Below are positions 39,940-47,249 of a DNA stretch of 54,899 nt, piece by piece. The notes under the pieces were generated by a model, which saw nothing but the letters and a program-made list of their open reading frames with translations, searched no databases and had not been told where the DNA came from. A program made the position numbers and the translations under genes. Positions within the stretch are counted from its first letter, which is position 1, and each line of letters starts with the position of its first letter. This stretch comes from Candidatus Tayloriibacteriota bacterium (lineage in GTDB: Bacteria > Patescibacteriota > Minisyncoccia > Phycocordibacterales > CAIRYW01), in NCBI GenBank assembly GCA_029288615.1, contig JARIGV010000002.1:1-54899 (forward strand), read 5' to 3'.

Positions 39940-41634
39940 TTATTTCACCTTATAGATCTTCATCGTCACTTCTCCCTTTGGATCTGTGATATTTTGCACA
40001 GATGTATTTTGCGCATCGAGCTCTGTTTTAAATTTTTCAATTGGCCCAGAAACCGCTGTGCTGTTTTTTGTAACAGAATCAAGTGGTCCATTATCTGTGA
40101 TGTACACAAAATAAATTTCCTTTGGTCCATCTTTTAGAAGCTCTGGCAAAGTATGTCCGAGTTTCCCATTGAAAAGAAATGAGATCGGTAGGAGTGGCAC
40201 TTTGTAATATTCCTGATACTTCATGACATACCACGAATAGCGGAACCAATCGAGCCTGTCATCATAGAAGATCGCATTCGCCCCGGTAAAGCCATTATTG
40301 ACCTGCGAGAGAAGCGAGATATGAGTCATGTCAGGAAGTGGTGCGAAAGTTTGATTCACAAAATCTTCAAACTGGTCCATTCCAGTATAAGGAAATGCAA
40401 GGGATGAGTAGAAAAATTCTGATGTTGTAAAAGGCACACGAAGAATATTTGTATTTATTGCATACACACATTCGCCAAGAAGAAGAATGCCGACAATAGA
40501 GCCGAGAATTATTTTTTGTGGTTTCGATCGAAGAAGCGCGCTACATTCATAGATAAAAACGGGCACAGAAATCGCAATAAAGACAGAAAGTATCGTAAGG
40601 TATCTTTCCACCCCACCTCCTGCGGCCAAAAACATAAGCACCATGAAGAGAATCATGGAGAGCAAAGAAAAATCGATATTGTCCTCTTTTCTTTTTACGA
40701 GTTTCCACACAAGATAGATAAGCGAGAAAACAAACAGAACAAAAATGAACGGAGAATTAATATTCCACACGCTAAAGAAAAGATTTTTTGAATCTTGAAT
40801 GAGATTGAAACTCGTAGAACGTCCCGCAATAAGTTCAAAATCTTTCGGATGCATGCCGACCATCGACGAAAGCCCTGCGTCAAAATGTCCTCGTGTTGCG
40901 AGAGTTTCGAGATTGTAAATGATTGCAGGCAAAAGGACACCGATCAAAATACAAAGAGCAACAACAAACTTTGGCCACATCTCTTTATAAAGATTTTTAT
41001 TTTTTATAAAGATAACAAGGAGCGCTCCTGGAATTAAAAAGAGTGCGGTGTATTTTGTAAGAAGCGAGAGGCCTATAAAGAGAGCAAGAAGATAGAGCCA
41101 TTTCACACTTTCCTCTTCGAGAAAATATGTGAGAGCCATAAACGAAAGAAGAATAAAGACAGATTCAACAGTTTCAAGATATTGTCCGTAAGCCATCCAG
41201 AGCGCTGCGGAAGTTACTGCATATATAAAAGATCCGAGAAGCGCTGTGTTCTCTCCTTTTCTTTTTCGAAGAAATATATACAGAAAATATGTGACAAGAA
41301 GACCTGCAACAACTCCAGGCAAACGAAGAGCTATCATATTGTCACCAAAAAATACAAAGAAAATTTTCTGAACTAAAAATGCAAGTGCAGGGTGATCATG
41401 AAAAGAAAGATTGCCCCACCATGGTACATATCCAAACCACTGTACCGGCGTTGTTTGTGTATTGCTTCCAAGAAAATCAAACCATCCGAGCGCACGAAAT
41501 GCATAGTGTGCATCGTCACTTGTCATATCCATTGCGAAAATATTAATCACACGAAGTAGAAATGCCGCCGCGAGAATGATCCAGATGAGATATTTTTTAT
41601 ATTTTTCCATGTTTTTAAATTTTTCTACTATCAT
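39940..41634 (-). CDS. GT-C fold glycosyltransferase (family 39 / ArnT-PMT-like)
   Basis: Polytopic N-terminal half with the acidic first-loop motif (MTSDDAHY) and a large C-terminal extracytoplasmic domain. An alternative ATG at 41610 would remove the 20-nt overlap with the upstream gene. Confidence 0.8.
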   Translation of the reverse strand: MIVEKFKNMEKYKKYLIWIILAAAFLLRVINIFAMDMTSDDAHYAFRALGWFDFLGSNTQTTPVQWFGYVPWWGNLSFHDHPALAFLVQKIFFVFFGDNMIALRLPGVVAGLLVTYFLYIFLRKRKGENTALLGSFIYAVTSAALWMAYGQYLETVESVFILLSFMALTYFLEEESVKWLYLLALFIGLSLLTKYTALFLIPGALLVIFIKNKNLYKEMWPKFVVALCILIGVLLPAIIYNLETLATRGHFDAGLSSMVGMHPKDFELIAGRSTSFNLIQDSKNLFFSVWNINSPFIFVLFVFSLIYLVWKLVKRKEDNIDFSLLSMILFMVLMFLAAGGGVERYLTILSVFIAISVPVFIYECSALLRSKPQKIILGSIVGILLLGECVYAINTNILRVPFTTSEFFYSSLAFPYTGMDQFEDFVNQTFAPLPDMTHISLLSQVNNGFTGANAIFYDDRLDWFRYSWYVMKYQEYYKVPLLPISFLFNGKLGHTLPELLKDGPKEIYFVYITDNGPLDSVTKNSTAVSGPIEKFKTELDAQNTSVQNITDPKGEVTMKIYKVK

Positions 41635-42139
41635 ATGCCCAGTGAAGAAGTGCTTGTCTTTGTCTTGGTCTGCAGGAGAGATCCGTAGGTCGGCAGCTTT
41701 TTGCTATCTGCGACGCATGACGAGCGATCGCCTTCCAACGTTTTATCTGTCTCAGATCCTCATCTCCTAATCTCCTTCCTAAAAAATAACGGCAGTACCA
41801 TTGAAACCAACCTCGTGGATCATCTTTCGAAATCCATCCCTTCTTTTTCCAGACCGACAAAGATTGGCTGGCATTCACTTTAAAATAATTTATTTTTGCA
41901 TCGGGCTTATGAATATCTTTTGGAGCAAATTTCGCTTTCGTAAACCATTCTTTTGGAAATTCTTTCACACAATCTCTCATGTAGACTCCACCAAAGACTC
42001 CGAGCGCAAGCATTTGTTTTGGTGTGAGCATCGGTTTAAATTCTTTAACAAAATTTTTACCAACAGGCTCAGAAAGTGTATAGGTATAACCCTTCTGCAT
42101 CACATCATGAACAGTAATTTTCTTCTTTTTAAATGCCAT
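41615..42139 (-). CDS. Conserved-looking hypothetical protein (motif RGWFQWYCRYFLGRR)
   Basis: 174-aa basic ORF. I cannot assign a family with confidence. Confidence 0.6.
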   Translation of the reverse strand: MAFKKKKITVHDVMQKGYTYTLSEPVGKNFVKEFKPMLTPKQMLALGVFGGVYMRDCVKEFPKEWFTKAKFAPKDIHKPDAKINYFKVNASQSLSVWKKKGWISKDDPRGWFQWYCRYFLGRRLGDEDLRQIKRWKAIARHASQIAKSCRPTDLSCRPRQRQALLHWAYDSRKI

Positions 42140-42182
42140 AAAAAAATTTTATCATTTTCTATTGCAGAGTTACAATTAAGCC

Positions 42183-42761
42183 ATGAAAGAAACTACGGCT
42201 ATTATTGCGGCCATACTTGCGATCATTGGAAATGTTCCTTATGTACTTGATGTCATTAAAGACAAAGTAAAGCCTCAGGCATACACCTGGTTTATTTGGT
42301 CTCTTGTTTCAGCAACAACTTTCTTTGGTGGACTGGTAAAAGGTGCAGGAATTGGTGCGCTTCCAATTGCAGTGTCAGAAATATTTACTATCATTATTTT
42401 CTTCCTTTCACTTCGGTATGGTTTTAAAAAGACCTCAAAAACTGACACAGGATTTCTCTATGCTGCACTCGTAGGAATTATTTTTTGGATTATTACTAAA
42501 GACCCGACAATCTCTGTCATTATCGCAGTTTCAATTGATATCATCGCTTTTTTGCCGACACTACGAAAAACATGGGTCTACCCTGCCACTGAGGTAAAAC
42601 TTCTCTATGCAACAAATGTTATGCGTCACATACTCATCCTTTGTTCTATTGAGGCTTATAACATCGCAACAATGCTCCATTCTATTGCCATGATCATCAC
42701 AAACAGCCTTATGGTGCTCTTCCTCATCTTTCATAGCATTGGAAAAAGATACAGAGAGTAA
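42183..42761 (+). CDS. Hypothetical polytopic membrane protein (about 6 TM)
   Basis: 192-aa hydrophobic ORF. TACAAT lies 6 nt before the ATG. Confidence 0.6.
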   Translation: MKETTAIIAAILAIIGNVPYVLDVIKDKVKPQAYTWFIWSLVSATTFFGGLVKGAGIGALPIAVSEIFTIIIFFLSLRYGFKKTSKTDTGFLYAALVGIIFWIITKDPTISVIIAVSIDIIAFLPTLRKTWVYPATEVKLLYATNVMRHILILCSIEAYNIATMLHSIAMIITNSLMVLFLIFHSIGKRYRE

Positions 42762-42841
42762 GCTCTGGCTCATCGGGTAAGGAAATTATTAACAAGGCGT
42801 CTCAAAAGATAAAGGTCGCATTATAAGTCCAAAACAAGCTT

Positions 42842-43027
42842 ATGACGTGGCAAGGATGGGTCAACTTTATCTTGGGTCTATGGCTTATTCTCTCTGGCCT
42901 CATTAATTTCTCTGCAGACGTTATGGTACCAAACCTCATCATCTCGGGTATCATAGTTGCGGCACTATCACTGTGGGAGGAATTCCAGTACGAAAGAGAA
43001 GATCGCCGAATGCATGTCCATGGATAA
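42842..43027 (+). CDS. Hypothetical small membrane protein (2 TM)
   Basis: 61-aa ORF followed by two tandem hairpin terminators at 43033..43075. Confidence 0.45.
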   Translation: MTWQGWVNFILGLWLILSGLINFSADVMVPNLIISGIIVAALSLWEEFQYEREDRRMHVHG

Positions 43028-43097
43028 AATCTTGTCGGTTTTTCCGACAACTTTTATGGTTCTCTGTCCGCAGAGAACCATTTTTATTTATTAATTT

Positions 43098-43679
43098 TTA
43101 AGGCACGAGCTCAGTAAATACCACCAATCTTTTATCATAATTTCGTGCATCTTTAAGCCACGAACCATTGCATGTAATGAGATTTAAATGTGTGCCTTCC
43201 GAGGATTCAAAAACTTCTTTTGTATCTCCTGTGTAAGGATATGTTTTTGCGCCGGTAACTTTAAAATGAAGAGTTGTACCATTTTCCAAAAGAACATAGA
43301 CATCGTCATCCACAGAAAGAGTGGAAAGTTTCGAGAAGATCGCAGGCAATCCCAAAAAATCATCTAAGTGTCCTGCAATAACAGCACTCCCCACTTGCCC
43401 AGGCAATGTTCCAAATTTATACCAACCCACATCTGCAGATTTTTCCGGTACGGCCATATCGCCAGAAGCTGTTATTCCCACGCTTTCTATGGGAGTATTA
43501 ATATTTAATTTTGGAATAATGAGTGTTTTTGGTAATGAAAAAGTTTCCTGACTCGAGGCAGTTTGACTCAGAGGTGTCTCCACTGTTTCAGTGTGTGCAC
43601 TAAAAAATAAAGCGGCAATAAATGCAATAATAACAACTGCAACGATAGCAATAATGAAAATTAAAAATCTTTTTTTCAT
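43098..43679 (-). CDS. Sortase family transpeptidase (class E/F-like)
   Basis: N-terminal TM, then the catalytic His (VIAGHLD), the Cys in LNLITCNG and the Arg in KRLVVF. Confidence 0.85.
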   Translation of the reverse strand: MKKRFLIFIIAIVAVVIIAFIAALFFSAHTETVETPLSQTASSQETFSLPKTLIIPKLNINTPIESVGITASGDMAVPEKSADVGWYKFGTLPGQVGSAVIAGHLDDFLGLPAIFSKLSTLSVDDDVYVLLENGTTLHFKVTGAKTYPYTGDTKEVFESSEGTHLNLITCNGSWLKDARNYDKRLVVFTELVP

Positions 43680-43742
43680 GGTAAATATATGATAACAAAA
43701 TCACCCTGCATATCGCTGGGTGATTTTGCATCATATGATGAC

Positions 43743-44153
43743 TTACTTCCGGGCGTTAATTGATAATCCGAATGAGAATAATGTCAGAGTAATCATGAGT
43801 GCTCCAAGAATTAGAAACTCTGCCACATCCCATCCGCCTTTACCTGTTGAAGGAAAGCCAGGATCTGTCGGGCCAATTGAGGCACCGAGGACCTGTCCTG
43901 CGGGTAGGCTACCACCACCTCCTCCACTGCTTAGATGTGTACCACCCGATGAAGTGCCACCGCCTCCACCACCTGAAGAAGTGCTTCCACCGGTCACAGA
44001 CCCTGAAAGCGATCCTCCTGTGGCATTACCGCTCGTTGCAACTCCATTGGATGAAAGTGTGCCAGTTACCTCTGAAGCTTTCGCTGCACCGATATGTAAT
44101 ATCGGGAGCAGAAAGAGTGAGAGTACGCTGGCTGCAATAATTTTTTTATTCAT
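43743..44153 (-). CDS. Gly/Ser-rich secreted protein with a C-terminal cell-wall sorting signal (FPSTG, TM helix, basic tail)
   Basis: Signal peptide, a low-complexity G/S/T region, then FPSTG followed by a hydrophobic helix and NARK. Located 63 nt upstream of the sortase gene. Confidence 0.65.
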   Translation of the reverse strand: MNKKIIAASVLSLFLLPILHIGAAKASEVTGTLSSNGVATSGNATGGSLSGSVTGGSTSSGGGGGGTSSGGTHLSSGGGGGSLPAGQVLGASIGPTDPGFPSTGKGGWDVAEFLILGALMITLTLFSFGLSINARK

Positions 44154-44165
44154 TGTAGTGTGTGA

Positions 44166-45698
44166 TTATTGCAAGCTTCTCACTCCGTAGTTCGTTGTGT
44201 ATGAACCGTTGACGCTATTTGAAGGTACAGCTACTTCAACAGTTACGTCCACTTGTCTTCCCGGAGTTCCAGAGTCGAGATCTCCTGTGAGATTAAGATC
44301 TGGTGATGAATATGAATTTGCTGCTGTAAGAAGAACTGTTGCTCCTCCGTTGTCAGCCTGTTGAGATGAGATTCTCATGTTATTTGCTACAGGAATTGTG
44401 CTGCTTGCACTTGTAGTATTTACCCAATCAGAGAATTTCATAGCGAGTTTTGTTTCATTTGTTGGAACTGTGATATGGAAGACATATTTCCATCCATTAG
44501 CGAAAGTTCCATCGGCAGTCGCTGTTCCCTTTATTGTCTCAACTGAATTAACTGCAAGGGTACCATTCTGATCCTGTCCTCCTGTTACTTCACCTCCGAT
44601 TGTTCCTCCAGTTGAAGTTGCAGTTGTAGATGCTGATGTTGTGAAATTAAGAACAGCACCTGGATACCATGTACCATTTACATAAGACCATCCTGCGAAA
44701 TAGTATGTTGTGCTAGCTGTTACTCCCGGCATACCGTTTACAGATGAAAGTAGAGCTGTGAATGGTGTACCTGATGCGATTGCTCCAAAATCAGCTGTTG
44801 AGTAAACGCCACTAGGAAGATTTGAGCTCGCTGTGCTAAATGGACTAGTTGAAACCCAGAATGAATGTCCCGTTGCATCAGCAGAACCATTCACTGCATT
44901 GAGTGTTGCGTCAGATGAGCTAATATTTGTTGCTGCATTTGTCGTAGGTCCATTTACAGATCCAGCTCGAGTGACAGTGATTGTATAGGTATTTGTTGTC
45001 ACTCCATCCTGTGCCGTTGTTACTGTAAGAACAGTGTTTGATCCAACATTAAGTGATATAGGATTTGAAGCTGAACCACTTGCTACTGTCTGTCCATTAA
45101 CTTTAATGGTTGCATTCGCATCGTTTACTGTCGGTGTAAGAGTCACACTGTCGACACTATTATCAACAGAATCAGTGTACGATGTCACATCACTTGAAAA
45201 TGATGGTGAAAGTGTACCGCTGCTTATTGTAAGATTGCTCAATTTCGCATCTGTCGAAGATGCAGTTTTAAATTGAAGTTGACTTCCCGATGACCATACT
45301 CCATTCACTTGCGACCATGCAGTGAAGTAATATGTTGTACCCGGTGTCACAGCAGGCATTCCCGTTGCAGCAGAAAGCTGTGCCATGAAAGCCGTATTTG
45401 ATGCTACAGCTCCGTATGCAGGCGTTGAGTATACACCGCTTGGAATTGTTGGACTGTCAGTATTGAATGGGCTTGTTGAAACCCAGAATGAATAATTACT
45501 TGCGTCTGATGGACCATTTGTCGCATTGAGTGTTGCATCAGAAGTAGTGATGCTTGTAGCAGCATTTGTTGTTGGGCTATCTGCAGATGTTGCAGCAGAA
45601 GCTCTACCGAAAGCACCAAAGCTTCCTACAACAAGAGCCGCGATCACAAAAAGAGAAAATGTTTTGTACCAGGCTTTGATTTGTGTGTTTTTTATCAT
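44166..45698 (-). CDS. Secreted surface protein: FN3-like repeat, cadherin-like beta-sandwich, FN3-like repeat, unknown C-terminal domain
   Basis: Signal peptide. The segment AKLSNLTISSGTLSPSFSSDVTSYT...TYTITVTR matches the cadherin-like beta-sandwich pattern. Two 104-aa repeats flank it. Confidence 0.8.
   Translation of the reverse strand: MIKNTQIKAWYKTFSLFVIAALVVGSFGAFGRASAATSADSPTTNAATSITTSDATLNATNGPSDASNYSFWVSTSPFNTDSPTIPSGVYSTPAYGAVASNTAFMAQLSAATGMPAVTPGTTYYFTAWSQVNGVWSSGSQLQFKTASSTDAKLSNLTISSGTLSPSFSSDVTSYTDSVDNSVDSVTLTPTVNDANATIKVNGQTVASGSASNPISLNVGSNTVLTVTTAQDGVTTNTYTITVTRAGSVNGPTTNAATNISSSDATLNAVNGSADATGHSFWVSTSPFSTASSNLPSGVYSTADFGAIASGTPFTALLSSVNGMPGVTASTTYYFAGWSYVNGTWYPGAVLNFTTSASTTATSTGGTIGGEVTGGQDQNGTLAVNSVETIKGTATADGTFANGWKYVFHITVPTNETKLAMKFSDWVNTTSASSTIPVANNMRISSQQADNGGATVLLTAANSYSSPDLNLTGDLDSGTPGRQVDVTVEVAVPSNSVNGSYTTNYGVRSLQ
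44637..44948 (-). repeat. Intragenic repeat copy 2 (aa 251-354)
   Basis: PTTNAATNISSSDATLNAVNG...TTYYFAGWSYVNGTWYPGAVLNFTT. Confidence 0.8.
45264..45575 (-). repeat. Intragenic repeat copy 1 (aa 42-145 of the 510-aa protein)
   Basis: PTTNAATSITTSDATLNATNG...TTYYFTAWSQVNGVWSSGSQLQFKT aligns without gaps to copy 2. Confidence 0.8.
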
Positions 45699-45855
45699 TT
45701 TTATACCCTATCTAATAACTACGAAAATATATTCTTCGATAGAACCAAAGAAAAAAATCTTTGGGTATAAAAAATTAAGGCCCGTTGAACGTCATAAGTA
45801 TAGAAGCTGTGACGCCAGTGTTCATCGATTCTGACAGATCTCGGCAATACAAAAC

Positions 45856-45886
45856 AAAAAACCACCTTTCGGTGGTTTTTTGTTTT
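45856..45886. terminator. Bidirectional hairpin terminator
   Basis: AAAAACCACC-tttc-GGTGGTTTTT. Confidence 0.6.
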
Positions 45887-45904
45887 TGAAATTTCTTTCG
45901 TTTA

Positions 45905-46057
45905 TTATTTTGCCTTACCGAGGATGCTGTACATTCCAGTTCCGCAAGTTGGGCACTTTCCTTTCACTGCCTTTCGGCCGTTTTTCATAGTGACCTCCTG
46001 CTCATCCTTCATTTCTTTTTTAGCTTTGCACTTTACGCAATATGCTGTTGTTGCCAT
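45905..46057 (-). CDS. DUF5679-type zinc-ribbon mini-protein (50 aa, below the ORF-track cutoff)
   Basis: My translation is MATTAYCVKCKAKKEMKDEQEVTMKNGRKAVKGKCPTCGTGMYSILGKAK, with the CxxC...CxxC pattern typical of DUF5679. A terminator follows. Confidence 0.7.
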   Translation of the reverse strand: MATTAYCVKCKAKKEMKDEQEVTMKNGRKAVKGKCPTCGTGMYSILGKAK

Positions 46058-46168
46058 TTCTTTTTAGTTAATAGTAAATTCCTCTGCTCAATATATTACC
46101 ATGTAACGGTTTTTTAGGAAAGTAAATAGGTTTTTTCTATCTTGTGGATAGTTTAAGCCCTATTTTTA

Positions 46169-47170
46169 CTATAGAGCAGCAATAGTACCTGTAAAGAAGC
46201 TTAAATGAAGGTAGAGTGCGGCAAGAATAATAACAAGAAGAAGTGCACCGTATGCAAAGTGTTTCCATTTTTTCTCTTTTGATTCAACAAGAAGGAATAT
46301 AAAAAGCGCGATGAGAATGAGACCAATGAGAATTTCGTATACAACACGTATGATAGTTGAAGGTGACGTAAGAATTTCGAGAAATTTTTCATACCAAGAA
46401 TTCGGTGCAAGGTCTGCAGCAGCTACTTGCTCACCTTTCACATTCTTTACTTCGATGTACTCCGTAGTTGAGGCTACTACTGCAAGATCCTTCGTCGAAA
46501 GCGTTGTTGATGTGCCGGCAACAGAAGCAGAAGTAGTAGTCGATACCACTTTTGCTACGACTGGCTTTGGTTTTGAAAGCGCTGGTATAAAACTTGAAAT
46601 GCTTTTTGTAGTTTGAGGCGAACCAAACATCTCGACAACAAATATCGCTGGTCTTCCCTGATACATTCCAGAAGCAGAAGCAATTCCCACTTCAGTAAAA
46701 TGACTACTCAAGATGTTTGCACGATGCCCAGGAGAATTCATCCATGCGTTTTCAACTTGCACAGAGTCATCAAAATCTACCGCAAGATTTTCTCCAGCGT
46801 ATACAAATTTATATCCAACCCCTTCAATCCAATACCACGGTGTAAGACCTTCCGGAGTGTTATGCGAGAAGTATCCCCTCTTTGCCATGTCGTTTGCTTT
46901 ATTCTGTGCAGCTTCAGTAAGAAGAGTGTTTGTAGTGACAGTAGGGAGAGAGTTTTGTACACGATCAGCATTCGCCAAATCAGTAAGAACAGCAGAATAA
47001 ATTGCAGCCAAATTGTTATTTGTTGAAAGCACCGATGAGAAAAGGATATGGCCCCCGATTCCCATAGCAACAATAAAGAGAATAACCAGCGCAGAGAGCT
47101 CGCCGAGAATATGAGGAGCGTGGTCATTTCCCTCGTGTGGCACGAAAAGATGTTTTAGAAAATCTTTCAT
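46169..47170 (-). CDS. CAP/SCP (PR-1, YkwD-like) domain protein with N- and C-terminal TM segments
   Basis: AAQNKANDMAKRGYFSH..P.G, GENLA and WMNSPGHRANIL motifs. Confidence 0.85.
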   Translation of the reverse strand: MKDFLKHLFVPHEGNDHAPHILGELSALVILFIVAMGIGGHILFSSVLSTNNNLAAIYSAVLTDLANADRVQNSLPTVTTNTLLTEAAQNKANDMAKRGYFSHNTPEGLTPWYWIEGVGYKFVYAGENLAVDFDDSVQVENAWMNSPGHRANILSSHFTEVGIASASGMYQGRPAIFVVEMFGSPQTTKSISSFIPALSKPKPVVAKVVSTTTSASVAGTSTTLSTKDLAVVASTTEYIEVKNVKGEQVAAADLAPNSWYEKFLEILTSPSTIIRVVYEILIGLILIALFIFLLVESKEKKWKHFAYGALLLVIILAALYLHLSFFTGTIAAL

Positions 47171-47249
47171 GATTAGTGTTTACTAATTAAAACACAAATG
47201 CCGAACTTTGGGAAGTTCGGCATTTGTTCGTAGTGTGAGTTTATTTTCT

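Noticed and set aside
43720-44190. A 156-aa proline-rich plus-strand ORF, and a 113-aa plus-strand ORF at 43799..44140.
   Set aside because: These are mirror images of the Gly/Ser-rich minus-strand gene, because GGN codons read as NCC (Pro) on the opposite strand. They have no start signals, and they span the intergenic gap into the neighbouring gene.
44637-45575. A diversity-generating retroelement template/variable repeat pair.
   Set aside because: Both repeat copies lie inside one coding sequence. Their differences are spread over all nucleotide types at the protein level. No reverse transcriptase or accessory gene is present in the window.
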